A program made the position numbers and the translations under genes. DNA of 64,000 nucleotides, taken from positions 1-64,000 of IMG/VR virus record IMGVR_UViG_3300028862_000012; one strand, written 5' to 3'. The notes beneath the pieces are model-generated. The model searched no databases and was not told the origin of the DNA. It worked only from the letters and a program-made list of their open reading frames with translations. Positions 46,867 through 56,577 of the stretch are shown one piece after another (within the stretch, counting starts at the first letter, position 1; each line of letters opens with the position of its first letter).

Positions 46867-47997
46867 TTAATTTTCCGGATGGGCTGTTAAAATTTTAGTT
46901 TTAGAATCAACATAACCTAATTTTTTTAATTGACTAAATAAGCTTACTGCTAGTTGATTTGAAACAAACTCGATATAGCCAGCACTAAGTAAGCTATTCC
47001 AATGTTTTGTTAATACAGCATCACCATGTTTAGCTCTCCAATGACTGTCTGGTATTGTATTAGGATAAATATTTGCAGAAAGATTAGTGAGCTTATAAGA
47101 GAATCCTTGGTAGGTATAGCTCGGATCAGTGGAAAATAATTTCACATCCGCAACGTTGATAAGATCAAGTATAAGTTTTGAATTTATAGCTTCACCATCA
47201 TATACATATATCCAAGGTTCACCTTTATAAGTATTATTAGGTAATACATTTTCTAACTGAAGCATTAAAGTATAAGTTTGTGAAGGATTTGGCTCAAGCT
47301 TATTAGTTTCTGGATTAAATTGTTTCTTTGATTCTCCTGTAACTTTGTGTCCTACTTTTCCTTGTTTATCTAAAACAGAAGTAGCCTCTGTTATAAAATA
47401 AAATCTTATTGATCCAGAGCTTCCTATAATTTCAGTTTTTAAGAATTTAGTGTTAGTATTAGCTCTTCCTTGAACTTCATCACGTATATCTTTATATTTT
47501 TTTGTTAAATCACTTGTTAAAGAATTGACTTGTTTAAGTTCAGGGATTGTTATTTCTTCCAGCTTTCCTTCAAACTTTTTACAATACTTCAATAATCGCA
47601 TATCTTCTGCCATTGCATCAGTATAAGCATACTCCATCAGCTTAGTGTACTCTTCTGTACTCTCCGTAAAAAAGTCATAACGTAAACTTCGATTATAATC
47701 ACATAAGTCATATAACACAATATAATCATTAGCAATATCTTTATCAAACAAGTCTAGGCTTTCAAAGGGAAAATATTCTACTCGCTGCTTGATATCTCGC
47801 TTTATATGCTCACCACGATAAATATCCATCTTTTGATGACGTAGAATTTTAGTATGATTAATAGAAGCATTTGGAAATTTACTATTGAAAAATATGAAAT
47901 ACATTCCTTTACCACCAGAGCGTAATCCTTTGGCTATGAATATATTATCATACTTTTCTAAACCTAATACTTGTTTTATATGTTGTCCAGTTGTCAT
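46867..47997 (-). CDS. hypothetical protein (possible degenerate SWIM-like domain)
   Basis: STDPSYTYQGFSY...YP...HG..LTKH pattern without the usual Cys residues. Confidence 0.55.
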   Translation of the reverse strand: MTTGQHIKQVLGLEKYDNIFIAKGLRSGGKGMYFIFFNSKFPNASINHTKILRHQKMDIYRGEHIKRDIKQRVEYFPFESLDLFDKDIANDYIVLYDLCDYNRSLRYDFFTESTEEYTKLMEYAYTDAMAEDMRLLKYCKKFEGKLEEITIPELKQVNSLTSDLTKKYKDIRDEVQGRANTNTKFLKTEIIGSSGSIRFYFITEATSVLDKQGKVGHKVTGESKKQFNPETNKLEPNPSQTYTLMLQLENVLPNNTYKGEPWIYVYDGEAINSKLILDLINVADVKLFSTDPSYTYQGFSYKLTNLSANIYPNTIPDSHWRAKHGDAVLTKHWNSLLSAGYIEFVSNQLAVSLFSQLKKLGYVDSKTKILTAHPEN

Positions 47998-48046
47998 ATT
48001 ATAATAGTTATAATTAATTTATATTTCATATTCTATAATTGACTAT

Positions 48047-48646
48047 TTAAGCTGTCAAGCTTTTCTTAAACTCTTCAAACTGTTCAGGATGATCTACCCA
48101 TGCTTTCGGGCATGATTTCCATCCGCAAATTTGATTATGTGTTATAACATCAGATACACTTACTGTATACTTTTTCATAAGCATTTGCACTAAGCATTTT
48201 GCTGATTCAAGTGTTTCTGGACTAAAAGTACCATCAGCTTGCGACGGTATCATTTCTATGCCAATACTGACTTGATTAGGTGATTTTTTAACTAATTTAG
48301 AATCACTATATTTTTCCAAGTTGGCATATTTTCCAAATATTTCTCGTGCTTTATCAGTATAAATTACTTTACTTACTGGATCTATTTGACTACTACCGCA
48401 ATGATAGGCCATTTCATTTTCAGGTACACAATAATAAACTTTCCCATCTTTATTTATGATATAATGAGCAGAGCTATAATGCTTATCTATTACACAACTT
48501 TTATTAAAGTAAGTCCAAACATCATCATATGTTTGGTCAGCGCGACCAGTCCAATGCATAACTATAGCCATAACAGAAACTAAGTTAGTACCCGGACGGT
48601 TATATTCATTCTTATCTAAAAACTTTTCTGTAATTTGTAAACTCAT
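48047..48646 (-). CDS. N-acetylmuramoyl-L-alanine amidase (endolysin)
   Basis: VMHWT, SAHYII, AYHCG, SIGIEM, ITH..ICGWKSCP (Amidase_2). Confidence 0.88.
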   Translation of the reverse strand: MSLQITEKFLDKNEYNRPGTNLVSVMAIVMHWTGRADQTYDDVWTYFNKSCVIDKHYSSAHYIINKDGKVYYCVPENEMAYHCGSSQIDPVSKVIYTDKAREIFGKYANLEKYSDSKLVKKSPNQVSIGIEMIPSQADGTFSPETLESAKCLVQMLMKKYTVSVSDVITHNQICGWKSCPKAWVDHPEQFEEFKKSLTA

Positions 48647-49083
48647 TATTTTATCTCTTCTTTAATAATATTATTATCTTTAATAGGAGCTTCTGGTGCT
48701 TTTCCAGTAAGAAGTTTGTTCGTTTCCAAATTTGCTATGAAAATGCTACCAATTAAAAAGATAGCTCCAGTTAAAACGGTTGCACTACCTTCAAGATCTA
48801 TATCAAACTTCTTTTTTAGAATCATTTCTGTTAAAAAGAAAAGTCCTGTAATTATGAAGCAAACAACATATCGATCTTTTTTTATAGGCTGATATTGACC
48901 TTCTGGTAGATTATTAGTTTTTACTAAAGTATTTGCCATATCAATACCTAAGAATACACCTATAATACTTACATAAGCTAACGTTACATCATTTATAATA
49001 GTAGGATAAAAAACTAATCCTAAACCAAAGATTATTGAACACAAAATATACACAAAGTATTTTTCTATATCTGCTTTTGACAT
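48646..49083 (-). CDS. holin-like membrane protein
   Basis: Four TM segments; overlaps the amidase start. Confidence 0.5.
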   Translation of the reverse strand: MSKADIEKYFVYILCSIIFGLGLVFYPTIINDVTLAYVSIIGVFLGIDMANTLVKTNNLPEGQYQPIKKDRYVVCFIITGLFFLTEMILKKKFDIDLEGSATVLTGAIFLIGSIFIANLETNKLLTGKAPEAPIKDNNIIKEEIK

Positions 49084-49135
49084 AATTTACCTCTTATCTA
49101 CTTATAATAGTTATAAAAATAAATTAATTTACTAA

Positions 49136-49165
49136 TTGACAAAGGATTACTAATATCTATATAAT
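49136..49165 (+). promoter_or_regulatory. sigma70-type promoter
   Basis: TTGACA-18-TATAAT; 17-bp direct repeat atatctatataatataa at 49153 and 49189. Confidence 0.65.
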
Positions 49166-49216
49166 ATAAAAACCAGTTAGAAATTTATATATCTATATAA
49201 TATAAGGACTTATAAA

Positions 49217-51364
49217 ATGCTTACAGAACAGCAACAGACTATTGTTAAATCAGATGATAAAAAATCTATTGTATTGGCTTCAGCAGGTAGTGGAAAAACT
49301 TTTGTACTTACTAATAAAATTGAATACTTAATCAAAGAAAAGAAAGTAGATCCAACCAGAATATATGTATTTTCTTTCAGCAGGTCTGCTACGTCTGAAA
49401 TGAGAAAAAAATTAAATTCAACTCTAACCAAAGAACAGTTTGAACAATTATACATTAGTACCTTTCATAGCTTCTGTTATCACTTATTGCAGGAATATCC
49501 TACTTATGCTGGTGTAAAAAAGAACATGAATATTCTGGCAGAAGACCAGCTAAAAGGTATTATTAAAAAATCCATTAGCTATATGATGAATAATGGAAAA
49601 ATTAATAATGAAATTAGTCCTGATACTATCATTGAATATTATTCCTATGTTCGATGGCATTTAACACTACCAGAAGATATGGAAGCACCTGATATTGAAA
49701 CAAAAAAAGTATTGGAAAATGTAATTACTTATATGGAAAAAATTGATAGTTATACTTTTAATGATTTGATTATTATCTGTACTATCATGCTCATGAAATA
49801 TCCAAGCATTGCAGAAGAAGTTAGAAATAAATTTGATATTCTTATTCTGGATGAGTGTCAGGATACTCAAGTCATTGTTACTCAAATGCTTGATGTTATT
49901 ATTGATGAGCATCATACTTTTTGTATCATGGGCGATGTCTGTCAGACATTATATCGTTTTAATAAATCAGATCCTTTTGAACTATTAAAGCTTGCAAACA
50001 AATGGAATAGTAAAATATTTTATTTGAATGAAACTTTTCGTTTTGGAAATACCATTAGTACTATTGCTAATAATATTTGTGAAGATATGGAAATTGATGA
50101 TAAATATAAAATTCCTACTAAAACCAATCAATCAAGTGAACCTACTACTTTTGTTATAGGTGAAGAAGCAGATAGATTCCAGTATGTTGCAGATCAGATT
50201 AAAAGTTTGCACATAAAAGGAATTCCATATGATAATATATTTATACTTAGTCGAGTAAATAGCCAGCTAGGTAAATATGCACAAGCACTCATGGAAAATG
50301 GAATTCCTGCTGTACTAAAAGGAGGAAACATACTACAACGAAAAGAAGTAAAGTTTGTATTTGCAGTACTACAGTGTTTTAAAAAAGTAAATATAGTTTG
50401 TCTTGATATTATATTTGAAAATTATAATGTTGGTTATGATAACACTATGATTTCAAAACTATTTGATGATTTTAAAGGTGATACTATCTTTAATCTTGTT
50501 GAACATGTAAATACTACTAAAATTAAAGATATTGGTGAAGAACGTAAAAAGGCTTTTACAGGAGTAGCTAGAAAAATACTTGATTGTTATCAGTTTATTG
50601 AGTCTAAAAGTTCAAATATCTTTATGGATATAGCTACTGCAATGGATATGAAAGACTTTAAATTTATGAACAAAAAGGATGAGACAGGAACAGGCAATGA
50701 AGAGCGCTATGATATTCTTAAACTTTTAAATGAAATTTATTGTTCACAGTTTAAAGGTGACTTACTTAATTTTGAAAACTATATGAAAGTTACTTTTGCT
50801 TCTGATACAGAAACAAAGTCAAAAGCAGTGTGTTTGTTTACAGTTCATGCAAGCAAAGGCATGAGTTTACCCTATGTGTTTTTGGATATATCTAAGTTTG
50901 CTACCTTTCCTGATTATGATTTATTGGATGAACAATTTTGCTTGTATGTAGGTGTTACTCGTGCAAAATATAAGCTGTGGTTTGTGTCTAATAAAACAAA
51001 TCCTTTTAATGCTTACATGCATGAAGAGCCGGTTGTAATTAGTAAGTATGATGAAGACGGAATGCCAGAATATGATCCTAATGCTGAACGAGTTTTTAAT
51101 AAACCTACAGAACTAAGTGAAGTTAAAACAGAAGTAAATTTTTCTACTGTTTGTTTAGGAACTAAAACTAAATGTACTATGCTTATAGAACCACCAAAGA
51201 GTATAGTGCGACAAACAGAAAAAGCATGTATGCTTAGTTGGGGTACTGAAAACAGTTGGATACCAAAATCAAATATTTTTTATGATAAAGAAAGAAATAA
51301 TTTCTTTGCATCCTCTTGGTGGATTAAACAAGGCAATACTAAGTTTTTAAAACGGCTGAAATAG
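49217..51364 (+). CDS. uvrD: UvrD/PcrA-like SF1A helicase
   Basis: ASAGSGKT, LDECQDT, GDVCQTLYRF, TVHASKG, YVGVTRAK. Confidence 0.92.
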   Translation: MLTEQQQTIVKSDDKKSIVLASAGSGKTFVLTNKIEYLIKEKKVDPTRIYVFSFSRSATSEMRKKLNSTLTKEQFEQLYISTFHSFCYHLLQEYPTYAGVKKNMNILAEDQLKGIIKKSISYMMNNGKINNEISPDTIIEYYSYVRWHLTLPEDMEAPDIETKKVLENVITYMEKIDSYTFNDLIIICTIMLMKYPSIAEEVRNKFDILILDECQDTQVIVTQMLDVIIDEHHTFCIMGDVCQTLYRFNKSDPFELLKLANKWNSKIFYLNETFRFGNTISTIANNICEDMEIDDKYKIPTKTNQSSEPTTFVIGEEADRFQYVADQIKSLHIKGIPYDNIFILSRVNSQLGKYAQALMENGIPAVLKGGNILQRKEVKFVFAVLQCFKKVNIVCLDIIFENYNVGYDNTMISKLFDDFKGDTIFNLVEHVNTTKIKDIGEERKKAFTGVARKILDCYQFIESKSSNIFMDIATAMDMKDFKFMNKKDETGTGNEERYDILKLLNEIYCSQFKGDLLNFENYMKVTFASDTETKSKAVCLFTVHASKGMSLPYVFLDISKFATFPDYDLLDEQFCLYVGVTRAKYKLWFVSNKTNPFNAYMHEEPVVISKYDEDGMPEYDPNAERVFNKPTELSEVKTEVNFSTVCLGTKTKCTMLIEPPKSIVRQTEKACMLSWGTENSWIPKSNIFYDKERNNFFASSWWIKQGNTKFLKRLK

Positions 51365-51408
51365 CTGTTTTCTCACTTTATGACTATTACAGTATAAAGT
51401 GAGAAATT

Positions 51409-51891
51409 ATGAACGAAACTGATCTGAACAAGATTATTAGTGATTCAGCCTATATAAATAGCGGACACTATCATAAAATAAGCGATGATAGTAGAACTCA
51501 AAAGCCTTATGATGGATATGGTATTATTAATCATTTACCTGCTTATATTGAGTGTAAATTTAAAAAAGAAATTGATGCTTTTAATTTTAATAAAATAGAG
51601 CCTCATCAATTACGCAATTTAACTACTATCCGAAAAGAACTATCTGTTCCTAATTATTCTTTAATTGTATTAGGCTTATGGAAGTCACGAGAGTATTTTA
51701 ATATTATGTTCTTCGATATTGAGTATATAAATACCTTGATAAGTTTAGGAAAAAAATCTATACTAAAAAAGGAATTAGAGGAACTACTTCGACTAAATAA
51801 ATTTTTACCTGTTATTACAAAGACAATTGATAATGAAAAATATAAAATAGTTGAATTAGAAAAGCTAGATTCAGTAATTATCAAAAATTAA
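51409..51891 (+). CDS. recU: RecU-like Holliday junction resolvase
   Basis: KPYDG...YIECK...IEPHQL. Confidence 0.75.
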   Translation: MNETDLNKIISDSAYINSGHYHKISDDSRTQKPYDGYGIINHLPAYIECKFKKEIDAFNFNKIEPHQLRNLTTIRKELSVPNYSLIVLGLWKSREYFNIMFFDIEYINTLISLGKKSILKKELEELLRLNKFLPVITKTIDNEKYKIVELEKLDSVIIKN

Positions 51892-51895
51892 CTAA

Positions 51896-51928
51896 GGAAT
51901 TATGTACTTAATTGACCAAAGTGTCAAT
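51896..51928. repeat. inverted repeat flanking tnpB (downstream copy)
   Basis: ggaattatgtacttaattgaccaaagtgtcaat is the reverse complement of 53229-53262 with 2 substitutions and 1 indel. Confidence 0.85.
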
Positions 51929-53179
51929 CTTTCTATTTTCCTGCTTCAACGAAGCATGACTTACTATAGATTTCTCTATACCAGAGGTCTTCTTCTCCAC
52001 AGGCTTAAATTCGGATGATCCCCACCCTATTTTTTCTAAATTTAATTCTTGTAATCCATAATCTACAAGATTTCTTCCAGCATTCATATCTCGACTGATT
52101 TCTTTTCCACAATTAGGACACATCCAAACTCTTTCTGATAATTGTAAATCTTTTTTCTTATATCCACAAAAGTTACAAGTCTTAGAACTTGCAAACCATT
52201 TATCAGCTTCAATCAAAGTTTTATTATACCATAAAGATTTATAACGTAATTGTCTAATAAATTCTGAATAGCCTAAATCCATAACAGATTTTCCTAAGTT
52301 TAAGGCTTGACTCATTCCTTTTAATGATAAGCTTTCTACAACTATTACGTCATTTTCAGTAATCAATTTTTTGGATAATTTATTAGTAAAATCTTTTCGT
52401 TTATTAGTAATACTTTCATAAACTACATTAATTTTATGAATACTTTTATACCAATTTTTTGATCCTTTCTGCTTACGAGATAATTGCTGTTGTAAGTGTT
52501 TTAACTTAGGCTCATTTTTTCGATATAGTCTTTCAAAATTAACAGGAGATTTCCCATATTCATCTATATAAAAACTATCCATACTCATATCTAAACCCTT
52601 GATTTTCGGGTTAGACTTTTGTACAACAGGTTTTATATCAATATCACATTCAAACAAAATAGAAACAAAAAACTTCCCTGTAGGTGATCGAGATACAGTA
52701 GCATTTTTTATACAACCATTATAGGGCTTCATTTTATTTCTAAACTTTACCCAACCAATTTTTGGAAGCTTTATTTTATCATTTAATATCTCTACAGATT
52801 TTTCACTGGTCATAGTTGTTCTATAACTATTTTTAGTTTTTTTCTTTTTAAACTTTGGAAATCCAGACTTCCCTTTTCTTTTATCAGATAAAGATTTAAA
52901 GAAATTACTATAGGCTGTTGTTAAATTAATACGAGACTGCTGTAGAGCTTGACTATCAGCTTCTTTTAGCCATTCAAACTCCTGCTTATATTCTTTTTCA
53001 GTTTTATATTTATGCTCATATAGTTTACGTTTATCATCTTTTAATAAAGTGTATGTTTGTATTCTTTCATACAACATCATATTATATAAAGCTCTACAAC
53101 ATCCTAATGTTTTATTTATTTGAGTAGTTTGTGTAGTATTAGGATAAATCCTAACTTTATAAGCCTTATAAATAATCAT
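51908..53179 (-). CDS. tnpB: TnpB (IS200/IS605 OrfB) RNA-guided endonuclease; no TnpA nearby
   Basis: YKAYKVRIYP HTH; RuvC GLD, VESL, RDMNA; Zn finger SSKTCNFCG...CPNCG. Confidence 0.93.
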   Translation of the reverse strand: MIIYKAYKVRIYPNTTQTTQINKTLGCCRALYNMMLYERIQTYTLLKDDKRKLYEHKYKTEKEYKQEFEWLKEADSQALQQSRINLTTAYSNFFKSLSDKRKGKSGFPKFKKKKTKNSYRTTMTSEKSVEILNDKIKLPKIGWVKFRNKMKPYNGCIKNATVSRSPTGKFFVSILFECDIDIKPVVQKSNPKIKGLDMSMDSFYIDEYGKSPVNFERLYRKNEPKLKHLQQQLSRKQKGSKNWYKSIHKINVVYESITNKRKDFTNKLSKKLITENDVIVVESLSLKGMSQALNLGKSVMDLGYSEFIRQLRYKSLWYNKTLIEADKWFASSKTCNFCGYKKKDLQLSERVWMCPNCGKEISRDMNAGRNLVDYGLQELNLEKIGWGSSEFKPVEKKTSGIEKSIVSHASLKQENRKIDTLVN

Positions 53180-53204
53180 AAAATGTAAGTAGTAACCTCT
53201 ATTA

Positions 53205-53213
53205 TAATAGTTA
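53205..53213 (-). promoter_or_regulatory. TAACTATTA motif upstream of tnpB (one of about 16 copies; putative phage late promoter)
   Basis: Exact 9-mer recurring upstream of genes, oriented with them. Confidence 0.6.
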
Positions 53214-53228
53214 GATAAAATTTAGGAT

Positions 53229-53262
53229 ATTGACACATTGGGTCAATTAGGTACATAATTCC
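53229..53262. repeat. inverted repeat flanking tnpB (upstream copy)
   Basis: attgacacattgggtcaattaggtacataattcc; internal ATTGAC/GTCAAT hairpin. Confidence 0.85.
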
Positions 53263-53296
53263 CTTATATAACTATTAGTATAAGGAATTATTTCAT

Positions 53297-54085
53297 ATGG
53301 CAAGATCAAAAACGTGTAATGTATGTGAAGCAAAAATAAAATCAGATGAAAACAATATATATCCAAAAGAATGTCCTCATTGTGGAAGTGATATATGGAA
53401 CATGCCTGTAGATGAAGTTATTTTACATAAGCTACAAGATCAATATATGCTCTATAGAGATGATAAATCTTTTGGAGCTTTTCTATTAGGTGTAAAAAAA
53501 ATATTACGAAATATAATAATTGGTAAATTAAAGAGTAATAGTTTTATAGTTCAAGATGATGAATTAGATGACCTTATACTGGATTCCTTAGAAAAAATAA
53601 TTAAATTATATAATAAACCAAGCTTTTATATTAAAGATTCTTTCATTGGATACTTTTCTCAAGTAGTTTTATATCCTATGTATAATCCTAAGAAGAAAGA
53701 GTATCAAAAAAATGAAGTTAGTTATAATACTCCTCTTAAAACAAGTAATACTAAAATAACTACAGAAGATGAAAAAACTTTATTAAATTATTTGGAAGAA
53801 CAAGAATTATCTCATGATATGGATAAATTACTATATGAAGATAAATTAGTATTTGAATTACTAAACTTGATTGAAGCTATTTATAAAAAAACCTGTCAAG
53901 AGCTATCACCTCAGTTTGGATACATATTAGTTTTTCTTTTAAAAGAGTTTTTTAATAATAAAAAGAATTCTTATTTTATAGAGTTTTTCAACTATTATAA
54001 AAAAGATTATTTTGAATATTTTGAAAAAAGCATTATTATAATCCGCAACTATATTACAGAATACGAGAAAGAAGGTCATTTATGA
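53297..54085 (+). CDS. Zn-ribbon plus sigma-factor-like protein (putative)
   Basis: CNVC...CPHC; DELDDLILDSLEKIIKLY resembles sigma region 2; SYNTPL resembles region 3. Confidence 0.4.
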   Translation: MARSKTCNVCEAKIKSDENNIYPKECPHCGSDIWNMPVDEVILHKLQDQYMLYRDDKSFGAFLLGVKKILRNIIIGKLKSNSFIVQDDELDDLILDSLEKIIKLYNKPSFYIKDSFIGYFSQVVLYPMYNPKKKEYQKNEVSYNTPLKTSNTKITTEDEKTLLNYLEEQELSHDMDKLLYEDKLVFELLNLIEAIYKKTCQELSPQFGYILVFLLKEFFNNKKNSYFIEFFNYYKKDYFEYFEKSIIIIRNYITEYEKEGHL

Positions 54086-54516
54086 ACAAAAAAGATGTCT
54101 GGATAAATCAAATAGATGATTTATTTTCAAAAGATGAACCCGAAGATTATGAAATATTTCTAAATATAATTAGTATTGCTTTATATGGAAAAGAAAATCC
54201 TACATTAGGAACTTTATATAAAGAAGTAGGACTGGAAAATTTAGGAAAAATAGTAACTCGGTTTAGTGGTAAAACAATTACTATTCCTGATAAATTTGAA
54301 TTTAGGGATTTAATTATTGCAAGCACCTGCTATTTTTTAAAAGAAATTAAACACATGGATTGGGATCAAATTAAAAAAGAGTTACCTTATCAAGATATAA
54401 GTAGTATTAAATACGGAAAACAAATAGTAAAATTAAATAATAAAATTTCTGATGAACTTTTAGACTTGTTTAGTTTAAATGATTCTGAAGATCAAAATAG
54501 TAAAGACAAGGAATAA
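54082..54516 (+). CDS. Mor-like transcription activator (putative)
   Basis: VGLENLGKIVTRFSGKTITIP pattern. Confidence 0.5.
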   Translation: MNKKDVWINQIDDLFSKDEPEDYEIFLNIISIALYGKENPTLGTLYKEVGLENLGKIVTRFSGKTITIPDKFEFRDLIIASTCYFLKEIKHMDWDQIKKELPYQDISSIKYGKQIVKLNNKISDELLDLFSLNDSEDQNSKDKE

Positions 54517-54518
54517 TT

Positions 54519-54998
54519 ATGAATGATATTATAAGTACTAATAATGATTTAGCACATAAGCTAGACAATAGTAGTGTTCTTACTTTGACTGAAAATGATT
54601 TACGAAATTCAGTTATAGGATACTTGACTGCTCGATTAGATAAACTTAAAAAAATGAGTGAAGACTCTTTTGATACTGATATAGAAGATGCTATAAAAAA
54701 AGAAAAACTTAACATGATTACAGAACATAGACTTGAAATAGATGAGCTTATTCGAGTCGAAGCTCAAGAAATAGAAAGGAAAGAAATTGCCATACGATTA
54801 AAAATAGCAGAAACAGAATCTATACTTGGATTGTTCAAAGCAACTAATAATCTTCCTTCTCCTATATTACAAGCACGATCAAATGATGCTAATGATCCAA
54901 TCAATAAAGCAATTTCTGGACTACCTGCTAATCAGGTACAATTAATTAATCTTTTAATTAGTAAACTCAATCCTAAGACAGAATATACTGAAGGTTAG
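54519..54998 (+). CDS. hypothetical coiled-coil protein
   Basis: SD AAGGA. Confidence 0.55.
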   Translation: MNDIISTNNDLAHKLDNSSVLTLTENDLRNSVIGYLTARLDKLKKMSEDSFDTDIEDAIKKEKLNMITEHRLEIDELIRVEAQEIERKEIAIRLKIAETESILGLFKATNNLPSPILQARSNDANDPINKAISGLPANQVQLINLLISKLNPKTEYTEG

Positions 54999-55052
54999 TT
55001 ATTGATATATTTTAGTAAAAATGATAAAATAGATTATTTATAAGGAAGCAAT

Positions 55053-56396
55053 ATGAAAACAATACAGGAAAAATACCCTGATTTTATTATTGATGACGTA
55101 ACTAAAGATATACTTGAATGCTTATTTACTACTACTGACAATATGTTTATAACTGGCCCTGCTGGTTGTGGTAAAAGCACTTTACTTAAAGTAATCAAAG
55201 ACCCTGAAATTTTTAATAAAAATGTAGTAATTCTTTGTCCTACAGGGGTCAGTGCAGTAAATGTAGAAGGCGTTACTTTTCATAATTTTTTTAAGTTTCC
55301 TCCTTGTTTATTAAGTGATGATGATTGTATGAAATCTTTACTTAGCTTTGGTGAAGAGTCGGATGAGGAAGACTGCATGAGAATGCAAATACTTCGAGCT
55401 GTTGACGTTTTTATTATTGATGAAATAAGTATGGTTAATCCTAATATGTTTGATAGTGTAGACTTATTCTTACGACATCATTTAGACAGTGATATCCCTT
55501 TTGCTGGAAAACGATTAATATTATTTGGAGACTTATATCAATTACCTCCTGTTGTTAAAAAAGGTTCTAATGAATATACAGTACTTAGCGAAAGATATGG
55601 ACAAAATGGATTTTACTTTTTCAATAGTGATGTATACCAGAAAAGTATTTTTAAAAAATTCGTAATGGAAAAGATTCATCGACAAACAGATACTACCTTT
55701 ATTAATATACTTCACAGAATTCGTAAAGGATTACAAACAATAGATGATATAAAAGAAATTAATAATTTTGTTTGCGACGAGGGTGATTATATGGATAAAT
55801 ATAATCATTACCTGTATGTTTGCTATACTAATGCAATAGCAGATAACATAAATCAAATGTATTTGGATTTAATACAATCTGATAGTAAAACCTACTATGC
55901 AGAAAGTTTTGGAAAAGTAAAAGCAAAAGATTTCACTGCTCCTGAAGAACTAATTTTAAAAGTCGGTGCTCAAGTAATGGTATGTGCTAACACAGAAGGT
56001 GTTTACAATGGAATGATTGGCGAAGTAACTAGATTAGAAGATGATAAAATATATATTGTAGACAAATCAGGTATGCATTACTCTATTTCTAAATATACAT
56101 GGAAATCATATGACTATACTTTAAATAGTAAAAAGATAGAACATACTGTTGTTGGTAAATATATTCAGTTTCCATTAAAATTAGCTTTTGCATTAAACGC
56201 TCACAAGTGTCAAGGACTAACATTAGATAATATTTATCTTGATATAGGTACGGGAAGTTTTACTACAGGTCAATTTTATGTAGCACTAAGTAGATTACGT
56301 ACATTTGAAGGATTAGGATTAAAGAAGCCTATCAATATGCTTGAAATAAAAGTTGATAAAGTAGTAACTGAATTTTTTGAAAATTTAGAAAAATAA
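55053..56396 (+). CDS. PIF1/RecD-like SF1B helicase
   Basis: GPAGCGKST, IIDEISM, GDLYQLPPV, HRQ, HKCQGLTLD, YVALSR. Confidence 0.92.
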   Translation: MKTIQEKYPDFIIDDVTKDILECLFTTTDNMFITGPAGCGKSTLLKVIKDPEIFNKNVVILCPTGVSAVNVEGVTFHNFFKFPPCLLSDDDCMKSLLSFGEESDEEDCMRMQILRAVDVFIIDEISMVNPNMFDSVDLFLRHHLDSDIPFAGKRLILFGDLYQLPPVVKKGSNEYTVLSERYGQNGFYFFNSDVYQKSIFKKFVMEKIHRQTDTTFINILHRIRKGLQTIDDIKEINNFVCDEGDYMDKYNHYLYVCYTNAIADNINQMYLDLIQSDSKTYYAESFGKVKAKDFTAPEELILKVGAQVMVCANTEGVYNGMIGEVTRLEDDKIYIVDKSGMHYSISKYTWKSYDYTLNSKKIEHTVVGKYIQFPLKLAFALNAHKCQGLTLDNIYLDIGTGSFTTGQFYVALSRLRTFEGLGLKKPINMLEIKVDKVVTEFFENLEK

Positions 56397-56406
56397 CTAT
56401 TATAAT

Positions 56407-56574
56407 ATGAATGCTACTATTGAAAAGAAGAATACAGTAAAATTAATAAATGGAAGCTTTTTTATGAAAGTAGAAGAAGTTTATGAAGCTACTGTTCTTT
56501 GTAGCTGGTATACTGGAAGTGTATTAAACACTACTACTTTCTTTTTAAAAGACATTATTAAAATAAAGGACTAA
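56407..56574 (+). CDS. small DUF2158/YodC-like protein (55 aa, not in the ORF track)
   Basis: TVKLINGSFFMKV...VLCSWYTG. Confidence 0.45.
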   Translation: MNATIEKKNTVKLINGSFFMKVEEVYEATVLCSWYTGSVLNTTTFFLKDIIKIKD

Positions 56575-56577
56575 ATT

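Noticed and set aside
51908-53179. Nuclease-dead TnpB (TldR-type repressor)
   Set aside because: All three RuvC acidic residues appear intact.
51896-53262. CRISPR array with a Cas12f-like effector
   Set aside because: Only two repeat copies, inverted and 1.3 kb apart; no direct-repeat/spacer array anywhere in the window.
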